Positions 1-8,731 of a DNA stretch of 32,000 nt are shown here, one piece after another. The stretch lies in assembly GCF_000018105.1 (NCBI RefSeq), contig NC_009925.1:2340001-2372000 (forward strand), read 5' to 3'. Below the pieces are notes generated by a model, which saw only the letters and a list, made by a program, of their open reading frames with translations, was not told where the DNA came from and did not search any database. A program made the translations under genes and the position numbers. Each line of letters begins with the position of its first letter. The first letter of the stretch is position 1. This DNA comes from Acaryochloris marina MBIC11017 (GTDB taxonomy: Bacteria; Cyanobacteriota; Cyanobacteriia; Thermosynechococcales; Thermosynechococcaceae).

Positions 1-175
1 CTGGAGGATGGGTCATTGATTCACTGACCTTTACGAGGATGAGAATAATGTCATGATGCCACCATCTTCGCGAATCGGATCTGAAACTTGAGTGATGTCA
101 ATCACGTCTATCGGCAAAGGAAAAGGACGCAAAGTTAATCACTAGCACATCCAAAACTTTTCAGTATATGAATAT

Positions 176-505
176 ATGGAAGTGGACCTCCATACTGTTG
201 ATGCTCATGGTATTCGCCTTTCCATCACCGAGAATAATGTGGAAGTTGGGCGAGCATTTGTCTATTTCATGCACAATGATTTGCACGATCAACCTTTTGC
301 CTTGATGGAAGATGTGTATGTCAATGAAGAGTTTAGAGGGAAGGGGTTAGGCTCCGACCTCGTCCGTCAGGTAATCCAGCTGGCCCAAGATGCCAATTGC
401 TACAAACTCATCGCCACGAGTCGAGATTCTAGGCCCAAAGTTCACACCCTCTATCGACAGCTCGGATTTACCCAGCGGGGGCTCGAATTTCGTATGGATT
501 TTTAA
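176..505 (+). CDS. GNAT family N-acetyltransferase (short, 109 aa)
   Basis: The acetyl-CoA-binding motif of the GNAT fold is present (EEFRGKGLGSDLVRQVI, i.e. R-x-x-G-x-G), followed by YKLIATS and a C-terminal LGF. The ORF is shorter than typical GNATs. Confidence 0.7.
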   Translation: MEVDLHTVDAHGIRLSITENNVEVGRAFVYFMHNDLHDQPFALMEDVYVNEEFRGKGLGSDLVRQVIQLAQDANCYKLIATSRDSRPKVHTLYRQLGFTQRGLEFRMDF

Positions 506-529
506 ACGACATCCCGTCTGTCAGTACCC

Positions 530-1516
530 TTAACCCACGGTCGGCGCTGGGTAGAGGAGATTGTTCATTGGCTTCAGATTAGCCTGCTGCTGTAAGCGGT
601 TGAGTAGTTTTACGAAATCTATAGGCAAAGGGGCTTGGACACTAATTTCTGTATGAAAAACGGGATGTTTCAGGCTTAAACGCCATGCATGTAAGACTTG
701 TCCAGATAGATTTACCTTTAAGGATCGCCCTCGACTGTAGAGGGGGTCACCGACAATCGGCCAACCCATCTGAGCGCAATGAACTCGAATTTGATGCGTG
801 CGTCCGGTTTCTAGCCGAAATTTAACCAATGCATAATTACCCAAAGGCTGGAGAATCTGCCAGTGGGTCACCGCTACTTTTCCCCCTTGTTCTTCAGGCA
901 CGACTGCCATTTTGATGCGATCTGATCGATGACGGCCAATGGGAAACTCCATTCGCCCTGTTAAGGCAGATGGACGGCCATAAACCAGGCCTACATATTC
1001 CCGTAGCGCTGTTTTGGCTGCAATCTGGGCTTGGAGATGTTGATGAGCTTGATTCGTTTTAGCCACCATAATAGCCCCGGTCGTGTCTTTATCCAGGCGA
1101 TGCACAATTCCTGGACGCTCAACACCGCCAATACCAGAGAGGGTGGAGCCCTGACCATCTTGGCAATGAGCCAGCAAGCCATGCACAAGGGTACCTGTGG
1201 CATGACCAGGGGCAGGGTGGACTACGAGGCCTGCAGGTTTATTGACGATAAGGAGATGGTCATCTTCAAATAGGATCTCTAAATCCATCGGCTCGGGCTC
1301 TAGGGCTAAGGGCTGAGGCGCAGGGATGTGCACTTCGACCTGGTCACCGATTTGCAGGGCATATTTCTTAGAGGTGCAAATCTTATGATTGATTTGGACA
1401 TGGCCCTGTTCAATCAGTTTCTGAATATGCGATCGCGACAATGAATCCACTTGGTTCGCCAGCCAGCGGTCTATTCTGGCAGCAGATCCCTCAACCGAAA
1501 ATTCCAGTTTTTCCAT
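530..1516 (-). CDS. rluD: RluA-family rRNA pseudouridine synthase (RluD-like) with N-terminal S4 domain
   Basis: An S4-like segment (RIDRWLANQ..SRSHIQKLIEQGHVQIN) is present, with the catalytic motif HRLDKDTTG and the HQIRVH motif. The start lies 15 nt downstream of the PHP gene stop on the same strand. Confidence 0.88.
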   Translation of the reverse strand: MEKLEFSVEGSAARIDRWLANQVDSLSRSHIQKLIEQGHVQINHKICTSKKYALQIGDQVEVHIPAPQPLALEPEPMDLEILFEDDHLLIVNKPAGLVVHPAPGHATGTLVHGLLAHCQDGQGSTLSGIGGVERPGIVHRLDKDTTGAIMVAKTNQAHQHLQAQIAAKTALREYVGLVYGRPSALTGRMEFPIGRHRSDRIKMAVVPEEQGGKVAVTHWQILQPLGNYALVKFRLETGRTHQIRVHCAQMGWPIVGDPLYSRGRSLKVNLSGQVLHAWRLSLKHPVFHTEISVQAPLPIDFVKLLNRLQQQANLKPMNNLLYPAPTVG

Positions 1517-1531
1517 GGGGATGAGCCTCAG

Positions 1532-2248
1532 TTAGAGGCGACGGCGAATATCTAAACCATGGGTATCGGTCCCACAGGTTTGCAGCAAGCTATGCTGGTC
1601 AGCCAGTCGCATCAGTGTTCGCGTTTGAGATGGACTCGGTTCCCACGGATCGTTATTCCCATAACAATAAAACGTTTCTATGCCATCAATGCCCGCTTGG
1701 ACAGCTGCATTGACTAGCTCCTTTACAGAACGTCGATATCGGGCAGGATGAGCCAGAACAGCCAGTCCTCCGGCTGCATGCAGGGTATTAATCACTTGGT
1801 TGGCCTGGGCCTGATGTCCCGAGGGTGCTGAACCGACTAAATAAGGCTGCAATGCCCCGTGATGAGGATCAAAGCCATAGCCCAGGATATGAACCTGGGT
1901 CTCCAGCAACCGAGACGTAATTTCAATGCCGGTCCACAGATGAGGCAAGGATGATGCACTGTCCGGGGGCTGAGATTGCAAGAGTTCTAAAGCCCTCCAA
2001 TAGCCACCCACACTATGATGGTCTGTGATCGCTAAGCTCGTGATACCCGTGTCAATGGCTTGTTGAACCAATTGCTGAGGCTCTAACCGCCCATCTGAAT
2101 GGATTGTATGTAAGTGAAAGTTATAGGTATGGGGACAGCTTTCAGCCGTAATGGATTGAAAGATCGCTTTCAATCGGTCTTGATCGGTTTGAGGCGCCTT
2201 CGTAACAATCACTAAGCAATTACTAAATGCGATGCTCTTAGATTCCAA
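1532..2248 (-). CDS. PHP-domain metal-dependent phosphoesterase
   Basis: The PHP signature FHLHTIHSDG is present, with later ITDHH, LAHPARY and a C-terminal GTDTHG metal-ligand motif. Confidence 0.75.
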   Translation of the reverse strand: MESKSIAFSNCLVIVTKAPQTDQDRLKAIFQSITAESCPHTYNFHLHTIHSDGRLEPQQLVQQAIDTGITSLAITDHHSVGGYWRALELLQSQPPDSASSLPHLWTGIEITSRLLETQVHILGYGFDPHHGALQPYLVGSAPSGHQAQANQVINTLHAAGGLAVLAHPARYRRSVKELVNAAVQAGIDGIETFYCYGNNDPWEPSPSQTRTLMRLADQHSLLQTCGTDTHGLDIRRRL

Positions 2249-2348
2249 CTATATCCCAAGATTTTTGAGATGTTTAGTCTCAAAACCAGCCAGAACCATT
2301 CAGCATCTAGGTTTATGCCGAAAATAAAAAAGTTTAGGCGTCCCCCAC

Positions 2349-3176
2349 TTACACTTCTGAAGTAGGTGGTGCTTTGTAAATTGGCGTTAAGAAGGCAATT
2401 AAGAACCCCACCAAAAAGCCAGCGACATTTCTCAATATAGGCAGCCATTCTGTTGTCCGGGCAATCACAGGGCCAATGCCAAAGGAAAAGAAACAAATCC
2501 CCCATAGAGGAGAGAAAATCAACATCCACTGCCAAGCAAACACTTGATCAGGCTTGCGAGGATGAGCCGAAAAACCACAGATAATTCCACCGACTACAGA
2601 GGTGATTAGGGTAAAGATCCATTGCTCTTGGGGTAATCCTGGCACAACTCGACAGCCGCCTTGATTCAAGCAAGTCTTAACTGAGTTGATGGCTTGAATG
2701 ATCGATTCATCTTCCCCGTTCTCCTGAACGAAGTACTGGTTACCGAACCGAGTCTGGAGCTCGACCCAGAATGTACGGGGGAGTAATTGATAAACCGAAT
2801 CACCGACATTGAAATTGAGGATGTTGCCGCCACGTGAGTCCGCTACCAACAGCACACTTTTCTCATCTAGATTCCAAAAGTCTTTAACAGCACGTCCTGG
2901 CGTACGATCGTACTGGGTCAGAATTCTCAATTTCCAACCCGTATCCTGTTCAAAACTGTCTAGATCTTTATCTAGCTTGCTTTTTTGAGTGCTAGTCAGG
3001 GCCTGAGCGAGATCCACAATGGAGGTGGGTTCTGCAGGTAATAGTTCAGGTGCCTCAAAGGCTTGTGCGGGTGATGCGCTAAACCATACCCCTAAGCTCA
3101 GTATTAGACCGAGACAGGCAGTAAACACTCGACGAACAAGATTACGATTCATTAGAAATAATGTATTGGATGTCAA
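2349..3176 (-). CDS. TPM-domain protein with signal peptide and C-terminal membrane segments
   Basis: An N-terminal signal peptide ends in SPAQA. TPM-like repeats follow (IVDLAQALTSTQKSKLDKDLDSFEQDTGWKLRILT ... VLLVADSRGGNI). There are three or four hydrophobic helices at the C-terminus. Confidence 0.7.
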   Translation of the reverse strand: MTSNTLFLMNRNLVRRVFTACLGLILSLGVWFSASPAQAFEAPELLPAEPTSIVDLAQALTSTQKSKLDKDLDSFEQDTGWKLRILTQYDRTPGRAVKDFWNLDEKSVLLVADSRGGNILNFNVGDSVYQLLPRTFWVELQTRFGNQYFVQENGEDESIIQAINSVKTCLNQGGCRVVPGLPQEQWIFTLITSVVGGIICGFSAHPRKPDQVFAWQWMLIFSPLWGICFFSFGIGPVIARTTEWLPILRNVAGFLVGFLIAFLTPIYKAPPTSEV

Positions 3177-3820
3177 AAGGCATTAATTGGCAACTAATTA
3201 AGTCAATTTTTAACACTTATTCAAGATACTTATCATAATAATACGAATCTCGGGTCTTTGGCATAGTCACCAATGAGGTGGGTGCATGCCCTAACCTAGC
3301 TTAATAGGCAGGAATCAAGGATGACAAAGACTATAGGGTCAAAATATTGAAATTCGTATCTAACCTTAGTAAACAGTGCAAATTTGCATAGGTCCTGGGT
3401 ATTCTATGCCGTATATCCTTGCCTGGGCATTTTGAGCGGTCCCTTGGCCATCAGGTCCAAAATTGACAGCTGTTACTCAGCATTTTTTCAGGTCTATCGG
3501 CGAGGATGTAGTGACGTTGAAACTTAATAGACTACAGAACAGTCTAGAGGTAGAGATGCTTATACAACTTGTTGCTTATTGGCAAAGATGGTCTGAGAAA
3601 TGGCTGGTGAGGTCACAATGGCCCTAGTGAATACGGTTTACCGAATATTCAATTATCACCAAGCCTAAAAAAATCGCCTAGTATAGAAGGACAAACTCAT
3701 ACTGACTTCGTTTTTAATCTGCCATATCGATTATTAGCATCTTGCATCATTCACTATCTAATTTGAAGTTTGATAGTCTTCATGCCAACATCACCTTCTT
3801 AAAGGGGGTAGCTCAAGTCC

Positions 3821-4804
3821 ATGTCCAATACCAAAACTAAGCAACAAGCTATCTCTGTGTCCCCGACAACAGATATGGTTCGTACCTATCTCCATGAGAT
3901 CGGTCGAGTCCCGTTGTTGACCCATGAGGAAGAAATCGTTTTTGGTAAGCAAGTACAGGCCATGATGGCGCTTTTAGACTTGCAGAAAACTGTAATGGAT
4001 GAATTAGGGCGTGAACCTTCCTTAGAGGAGTGGGCAGAGAAAGCCAATCTTAGTCCCTCACAGTTGGAGCTGTCCCTGCACCAAGGACAGCAAGCCAAGC
4101 AAAAAATGATTGAAGCCAACTTGAGGCTGGTCGTGTCCGTTGCCAAGAAGTACCAAAAGCGAAACCTAGAACTGCTAGACCTAATCCAAGAAGGCACCTT
4201 GGGATTAGAGCGCGGGGTTGAAAAGTTTGATCCAACCCGAGGCTATAAGTTTTCAACCTATGCCTACTGGTGGATTCGACAGGCGATCACCCGTGCGATC
4301 GCACAACAGGCTCGCACCATCCGACTGCCCATTCACATCACCGAAAAGCTCAACAAGATCAAGAAAGCTCAGCGTGAGCTATCGCAAAAGCTGGGGCGCA
4401 GTGCCACTCCTGCTGAAATTGCAGAAGCCTTAGAATTAGAGCCTAGCCAAATTCGAGATTATCTCACCATTGCTCGTCAGCCTATTTCCCTAGACCTGAG
4501 AGTGGGGGACAATCAGGACACTGAGTTGCGAGATCTACTGGAAGATGATGGGCAATCTCCTGAGCAGTTCACGACCACTGAGGCCCTGCGGGATGATGTA
4601 AATCAATTGCTCAAAGAGCTAACTCCCCAGCAACGGGATGTTCTAATGCTCCGGTTCGGCCTCAACAACGGTAAAGAGCTGTCTCTTGCCAAAGTCGGCC
4701 AACAATTAAGCCTCAGCCGCGAGCGCGTTCGTCAGCTAGAACGGCAAGCCCTAGACTATCTGCGCCGTCGCAAAGGCGAAGTGCGGGAGTATATCGCTAG
4801 CTAG
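3821..4804 (+). CDS. Group 2 sigma-70 family RNA polymerase sigma factor (SigA/RpoD-like, 327 aa)
   Basis: Region 1.2 ([21 protein letters not shown]), region 2 ([49 protein letters not shown]), region 3 and the region 4.2 HTH ([19 protein letters not shown]) are all present. The size fits non-essential group 2 factors. Confidence 0.92.
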   Translation: MSNTKTKQQAISVSPTTDMVRTYLHEIGRVPLLTHEEEIVFGKQVQAMMALLDLQKTVMDELGREPSLEEWAEKANLSPSQLELSLHQGQQAKQKMIEANLRLVVSVAKKYQKRNLELLDLIQEGTLGLERGVEKFDPTRGYKFSTYAYWWIRQAITRAIAQQARTIRLPIHITEKLNKIKKAQRELSQKLGRSATPAEIAEALELEPSQIRDYLTIARQPISLDLRVGDNQDTELRDLLEDDGQSPEQFTTTEALRDDVNQLLKELTPQQRDVLMLRFGLNNGKELSLAKVGQQLSLSRERVRQLERQALDYLRRRKGEVREYIAS

Positions 4805-4828
4805 TCTGCCTATTTCATTACTTACCCT

Positions 4829-4868
4829 AAAGCGCCAGTGCATCATCTGCATTGGCGCTTTACTGTAT
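4829..4868 (+). terminator. Putative rho-independent terminator of the sigma factor gene
   Basis: A 12-bp stem pairs agcgccagtgca (4831-4842) with tgcattggcgct (4848-4859), with one G-U pair and loop tcatc. It is followed by ttactgtat and lies 25 nt after the stop codon. Confidence 0.55.
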
Positions 4869-4943
4869 AAATCTGCCACTGGAGACAACACCAGGGGGAC
4901 GCGGTAAATTAGTTCAGCCCCTGATCCTAGAGAGTTAACGCAA

Positions 4944-5675
4944 ATGGCGGACTGGCTATATCAATATCCCCCTTTACTAGCAGGCACGTTGATCAAACGA
5001 TATAAGCGTTTCCTAGCTGATATTGAACTCGATACGGGTGAAGTCGTTACCGCCCATTGTCCGAACACCGGGCCTATGACCGGGATGTGTGCCCCCCATA
5101 GCCGGGTGCAAATTTCTCAAAGTAATAACCCGAAGCGCAAATTAGCCTATACCTGGGAGATGATTGAGGTTTGTGACACCGAACCCACCTGGGTCGGGGT
5201 GAATACGCAAATCCCGAATCTAGTGGTCAAACAACTCCTTCAAAATCGTCTTTTGCCGACCTTAGGTGAGTATGATCAGGTCAAATCTGAGGTGCGTTAT
5301 GGTCGAGAAAAAAGCCGTATTGATTTTTTGCTGACAGGCACCGCTCAGCCTGCCTATATCGAAGTTAAAAGTACGACTTGGGCCATCGAAAAACAGGCTT
5401 TATTCCCAGACACCGTTACGATCCGCGGCCAAAAACATATTCGAGAGTTGATATCGGTTTTACCTGCAGCCCAAGCTTACTTACTCTTCTTTATTAATCG
5501 GGCTGATTGCACAACATTTGCCCCGGGTGATCAGGCAGATCCAGAGTACGGAAAACTCCTCAGGGAAGCTGTGGCCACAGGGGTTGGGCTTTTACCCTGC
5601 CGCTTTGAGATTACCCCCGAAGGCATTCGCTATTTAGGGTTAGCAACGGTCGAAGAATCGTCTTTAACAAGATGA
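4944..5675 (+). CDS. sfsA: Sugar fermentation stimulation protein SfsA (DNA-binding/nuclease-fold family)
   Basis: The characteristic N-terminus is present (GTLIKRYKRFLADIELDTGEVVTAHCPNTGPM), with a later SRIDFLL...YIEVKS motif. The length of 243 aa is typical. Confidence 0.88.
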   Translation: MADWLYQYPPLLAGTLIKRYKRFLADIELDTGEVVTAHCPNTGPMTGMCAPHSRVQISQSNNPKRKLAYTWEMIEVCDTEPTWVGVNTQIPNLVVKQLLQNRLLPTLGEYDQVKSEVRYGREKSRIDFLLTGTAQPAYIEVKSTTWAIEKQALFPDTVTIRGQKHIRELISVLPAAQAYLLFFINRADCTTFAPGDQADPEYGKLLREAVATGVGLLPCRFEITPEGIRYLGLATVEESSLTR

Positions 5676-5812
5676 ACCGTAGTTTTAAATTAGTATGAGT
5701 ATATTTCGCTGTTTTTTCTCTCAGCATCGAATTGATTTTGAGCGAGAAAAGCGAGATCCTCGCCTGAGGATGTTAGGGTAAATACGATTTAGTTGTGGGG
5801 TAGACATTTACG

Positions 5813-6754
5813 ATGGTCGATCGCGATCGTCTATTTAGGGACTTACTCAAAAACTTTTTTCTAGAATTTGTCGATCTCTTCTTTCCAAAAATTGCGGTCG
5901 CTATCGACCCCAAATCGATTCGATTTCTAGAAGATGAAGAATCCCTTAAACCTCAAGAGCAGGGAGAGCATTCTCCTGCCTCTACCAAGCAAGAGGCAAG
6001 CTCTAATGTATTAGTGCAAGTGCGATTACGAGGACAAGAATCATGCTTCTGGGTACATCTAGAAAATTCATCTGAAACTAACATTAAGCTAGAGCGACGT
6101 ATTTTCCATACCTTTGCTCGCCTGGATGAAAAATATAATTTACCGATCTATCCCATTATTTTGCAGTCTTCAGATAAGTCTCAACGTCTGGAAACCAATG
6201 GGTATCGGGTGGAATTCGTCGATCGTCGGGTTTTGGATTTTAGCTTTGTTGCCATCCAACTTCATCGATTAAACTGGCGTGACTTTTTGCAGCGTCGCAA
6301 TCCTGTAGCAGCCGCACTGATGCCTACGATGAACGTTCAAACCTTTGATCGCCCCGTGGTCAAAGCAGAATGCCTGCGACTGCTGACCAACCTGCGTTTA
6401 GATGCCAAGAAAGTCAAAGTCATCTCTCAATTTATTGAAGCTTTTCTCCATCTCAATGCTGCTGAAGAACAGGTCTTGCAAACTGAGATGGAACGCATGG
6501 GCTTACTCGAGCGGGAGCGAATTACCAATCTACTGACAAGTACGACTCAAGCCAATCAACAACAAGGAGCCGAACGAGAAGCCCTCAGTCTGGTATTTCG
6601 CCTTTTAAAACGGCGAATTGGGGATCTTAATCCAGACTTGGAAGCTCAGGTCCGTAGCTTGCCGGTTAATCAAGTGGAAGATTTGGGTGAAGCCCTCTTA
6701 GATTTCAATAATGAAGAAGACCTGAAAAACTGGTTGCGGGGGAAAACGGCTTAA
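5813..6754 (+). CDS. Rpn (YhgA-like)/DUF4351-domain protein, putative recombination-promoting nuclease relative
   Basis: The N-terminus (DRLFRDLLKNFFLEFVDLFFP) is typical of the cyanobacterial Rpn-like family. The C-terminus (LSLVFRLLKRRIGDLNPDLEAQVRSLPVNQVEDLGEALLDFNNEEDLKNWL) matches the DUF4351 pattern. Confidence 0.72.
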   Translation: MVDRDRLFRDLLKNFFLEFVDLFFPKIAVAIDPKSIRFLEDEESLKPQEQGEHSPASTKQEASSNVLVQVRLRGQESCFWVHLENSSETNIKLERRIFHTFARLDEKYNLPIYPIILQSSDKSQRLETNGYRVEFVDRRVLDFSFVAIQLHRLNWRDFLQRRNPVAAALMPTMNVQTFDRPVVKAECLRLLTNLRLDAKKVKVISQFIEAFLHLNAAEEQVLQTEMERMGLLERERITNLLTSTTQANQQQGAEREALSLVFRLLKRRIGDLNPDLEAQVRSLPVNQVEDLGEALLDFNNEEDLKNWLRGKTA

Positions 6755-7521
6755 AGCTGCCCCAGAAACTTATGGGTTTGGGGCACAACCCTAATCTGTC
6801 GCCCCATCTGTTTGAGCTGCCCTTGCCAGGCCAAAACTTGATCGGGGGTGGGTGGCTGGACGGGGTGTTGCGCCGTTAAGGGTGTCACGGGTTGTAAGAA
6901 CATCAATACCGTAGGGCTAATATCAGCAACCATCTGGGCGGCTTGAACCAACTCCGGCCAATCAGTTTTTTCGCTAATAATGAGCTTACAAAATACATCG
7001 ATATGGGCTTGATGACATAATTCCAAGCTTTGACGATGCTGAGGCCAATGGTTTTCACCACTCACACTCGGTAACTTCAGATCCATACCCACACTATCCA
7101 GGTGGGGCAACAGCGGATCGAGGGCTTCAGGATGATGGCCGCCCGTTTCTAAGTAAATGGGTAACGAGGTCTGTTGCCGCAGCAAAGGCAACAAATTCTG
7201 TAAGAACGCCACCTGTAATAGGGGTTCTCCGCCAGTCAAGCTGATACTGTCATGCATCCCAGGCAGATCCTGATCTTGAACCCACTCTAGGATCTGGGGA
7301 AGGGTCACTGGATTTGGATAGCGGGCAAAATCGCGACAGCCCGGCGTTTTTTCAATTTGACAGCTGCTTTTTGGGGTCCAGGTATGGGCACTATCGCAGA
7401 AATGGCAGCGGAGATCACACCCCCCAAAGCGAATAAAAATTTGGCGGGTGCCGACATTAAGCCCTTCCCCTTGAATGGCAGAAAAAATCTCAACTAAGTT
7501 GGCGGTGGATGCAGTTTTCAT
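6751..7521 (-). CDS. queE: 7-carboxy-7-deazaguanine synthase QueE (radical SAM)
   Basis: The motifs EIFSAIQGEGLNVGTRQIFIRFGGCDLRCHFCDS (CxxxCxxC radical SAM cluster) and TGGEPLL are present. The gene sits directly downstream of queC on the same strand. Confidence 0.85.
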   Translation of the reverse strand: MKTASTANLVEIFSAIQGEGLNVGTRQIFIRFGGCDLRCHFCDSAHTWTPKSSCQIEKTPGCRDFARYPNPVTLPQILEWVQDQDLPGMHDSISLTGGEPLLQVAFLQNLLPLLRQQTSLPIYLETGGHHPEALDPLLPHLDSVGMDLKLPSVSGENHWPQHRQSLELCHQAHIDVFCKLIISEKTDWPELVQAAQMVADISPTVLMFLQPVTPLTAQHPVQPPTPDQVLAWQGQLKQMGRQIRVVPQTHKFLGQL

Positions 7522-7586
7522 AAAGGCAAATGCTTAGGGGAGTGGCGATCAACCCCATCGGAGGAAAATAGAGGTCGATGTTGCGG

Positions 7587-8273
7587 TTAGGTGGCATAGG
7601 ATAGGGGATCGGATAAACCGAGTTGAGCAAATGCCGCTAATCGTAATTGGCAGGAATCACACTGACCACAGGCTAGGGGTGGTGAGCCGCCACCGTCACT
7701 GTAGCAAGACCAGGTCTGCTCCCACGGTACACCCAGGTCATTGCCCAATTCGATAATGGCAGACTTATGCAAATTGATCAGAGGGGTACAAATTTCGATA
7801 GCCTGCCCCTCCCGACCCAGCTTGGTCCCTAACCGAAACACCTCTTGCATGGCTTGGATAAAGTCCGGGCGACAGTCGGGATATCCCGAGTAATCCAGTT
7901 GGTTAACTCCGATATAGACCTGCTCTGCTGAAATCGTTTCTGCATAGGCGAGGGCAAAGCTAAGGAAGATCGAGTTGCGGGCGGGCACGTAAGTGACGGG
8001 AATATGATCCGCCATCTCTTCGATGGAACGAGACGGCAAGTCGATTTGGGTATCGGTTAAGGCAGACCCACCCCAGAGGGTGAGGTCGAAGGCCACAATT
8101 TGATGTTGAGTGACTTGGGCTGATTGTGCGATCGCAACCGCCGAATCCAATTCCTGGCGATGACGCTGCCGATAGTCAAACGAGATGGCATAACAGTCAG
8201 CCCCATCGGCTTTTGCTTTGTATAAAGCAGTGGACGAGTCTAGCCCACCTGACAATAAAACAACTGCTTTCAC
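7587..8273 (-). CDS. queC: 7-cyano-7-deazaguanine synthase QueC
   Basis: The PP-loop LLSGGLDSST and the C-terminal zinc cysteines (SCY...CGQCDSC) are present. The start codon is GTG at 8273-8271. Confidence 0.92.
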   Translation of the reverse strand: MKAVVLLSGGLDSSTALYKAKADGADCYAISFDYRQRHRQELDSAVAIAQSAQVTQHQIVAFDLTLWGGSALTDTQIDLPSRSIEEMADHIPVTYVPARNSIFLSFALAYAETISAEQVYIGVNQLDYSGYPDCRPDFIQAMQEVFRLGTKLGREGQAIEICTPLINLHKSAIIELGNDLGVPWEQTWSCYSDGGGSPPLACGQCDSCQLRLAAFAQLGLSDPLSYAT

Positions 8274-8474
8274 ATCCCATCTCCCTGACTATCGTCGTTA
8301 TAAATCCTAAGTTGGATACTTGCCATAGAGAAATGAGTGACACATGAGAATTAGCGATGGGTTGCTCAGGACATCAAGCCAGTCGCAGCCACGAGTCCCA
8401 GTGACTTATTGTATCGACTTCAGGGATGAGATGGGACCTACCTCAATCCGGACGCTCCATCGCCAGAACCCTAA

Positions 8475-8502
8475 GATTTTGTTAAGTATACTTAACAAAA
8501 TC
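8475..8502. promoter_or_regulatory. Perfect 28-bp palindrome (candidate operator or structured element)
   Basis: gattttgttaagtatacttaacaaaatc equals its own reverse complement, checked base by base. It lies in the 458-nt non-coding stretch between queC and the small ORF at 8732. Confidence 0.5.
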
Positions 8503-8731
8503 GAGTCCCCAAAACATGGACGAAATCCCTTTTCTTAAGAACAGTGACGATAAACGCCTAGGTATAAATACTCCTAAACATCAGTCTAGAAAACGCTTAC
8601 AGGCCGTTCATTGCTCATCAATCATTCTCAAGTGAGCAATACAGCATGAGTTGGGGCATACTAGCAACAAGAATTAAAATATGTTAAGTTAACTTTAGTT
8701 AACAACCTCAACACCTTAGGGAGCAAAAACC

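Noticed and set aside
1-27. Possible 3' end of an upstream plus-strand gene (...LEDGSLIH, stop at 25-27)
   Set aside because: Only 8 codons are visible. This is insufficient to call a feature.
2212-2535. 107-aa minus-strand ORF bridging the PHP and TPM genes
   Set aside because: It overlaps the 3' part of the TPM gene and the 5' end of the PHP gene in other frames, and it has no motif support. The two flanking calls explain the region.
3886-4433. Three nested ORFs (3886-4197 minus, 4050-4256 minus, 4218-4433 plus) inside the sigma factor gene
   Set aside because: They lie entirely within or antisense to a CDS with unmistakable sigma-70 motifs. Their products are low-complexity (Ser/Arg/Cys-rich) and have no start-site signals. 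They are typical shadow ORFs.
5813-6754. Rpn/DUF4351 gene as an active mobile element
   Set aside because: There are no terminal inverted repeats or target-site duplications. The 3' end overlaps queE directly, leaving no room for an element boundary.
8274-8400. Possible preQ1 riboswitch in the queC leader
   Set aside because: I read the minus-strand leader and found no preQ1-I-like hairpin followed by an A-rich tail, nor the conserved core. I cannot support a riboswitch. A covariance-model scan (cmsearch) would be decisive.
8126-8538. Plus-strand ORFs 8126-8347 and 8344-8538 in and next to the queC upstream region
   Set aside because: The first is antisense to the queC 5' end. The second has no RBS, has an unrecognisable product, and contains the 28-bp palindrome in its middle. 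I treat the region as regulatory non-coding DNA.
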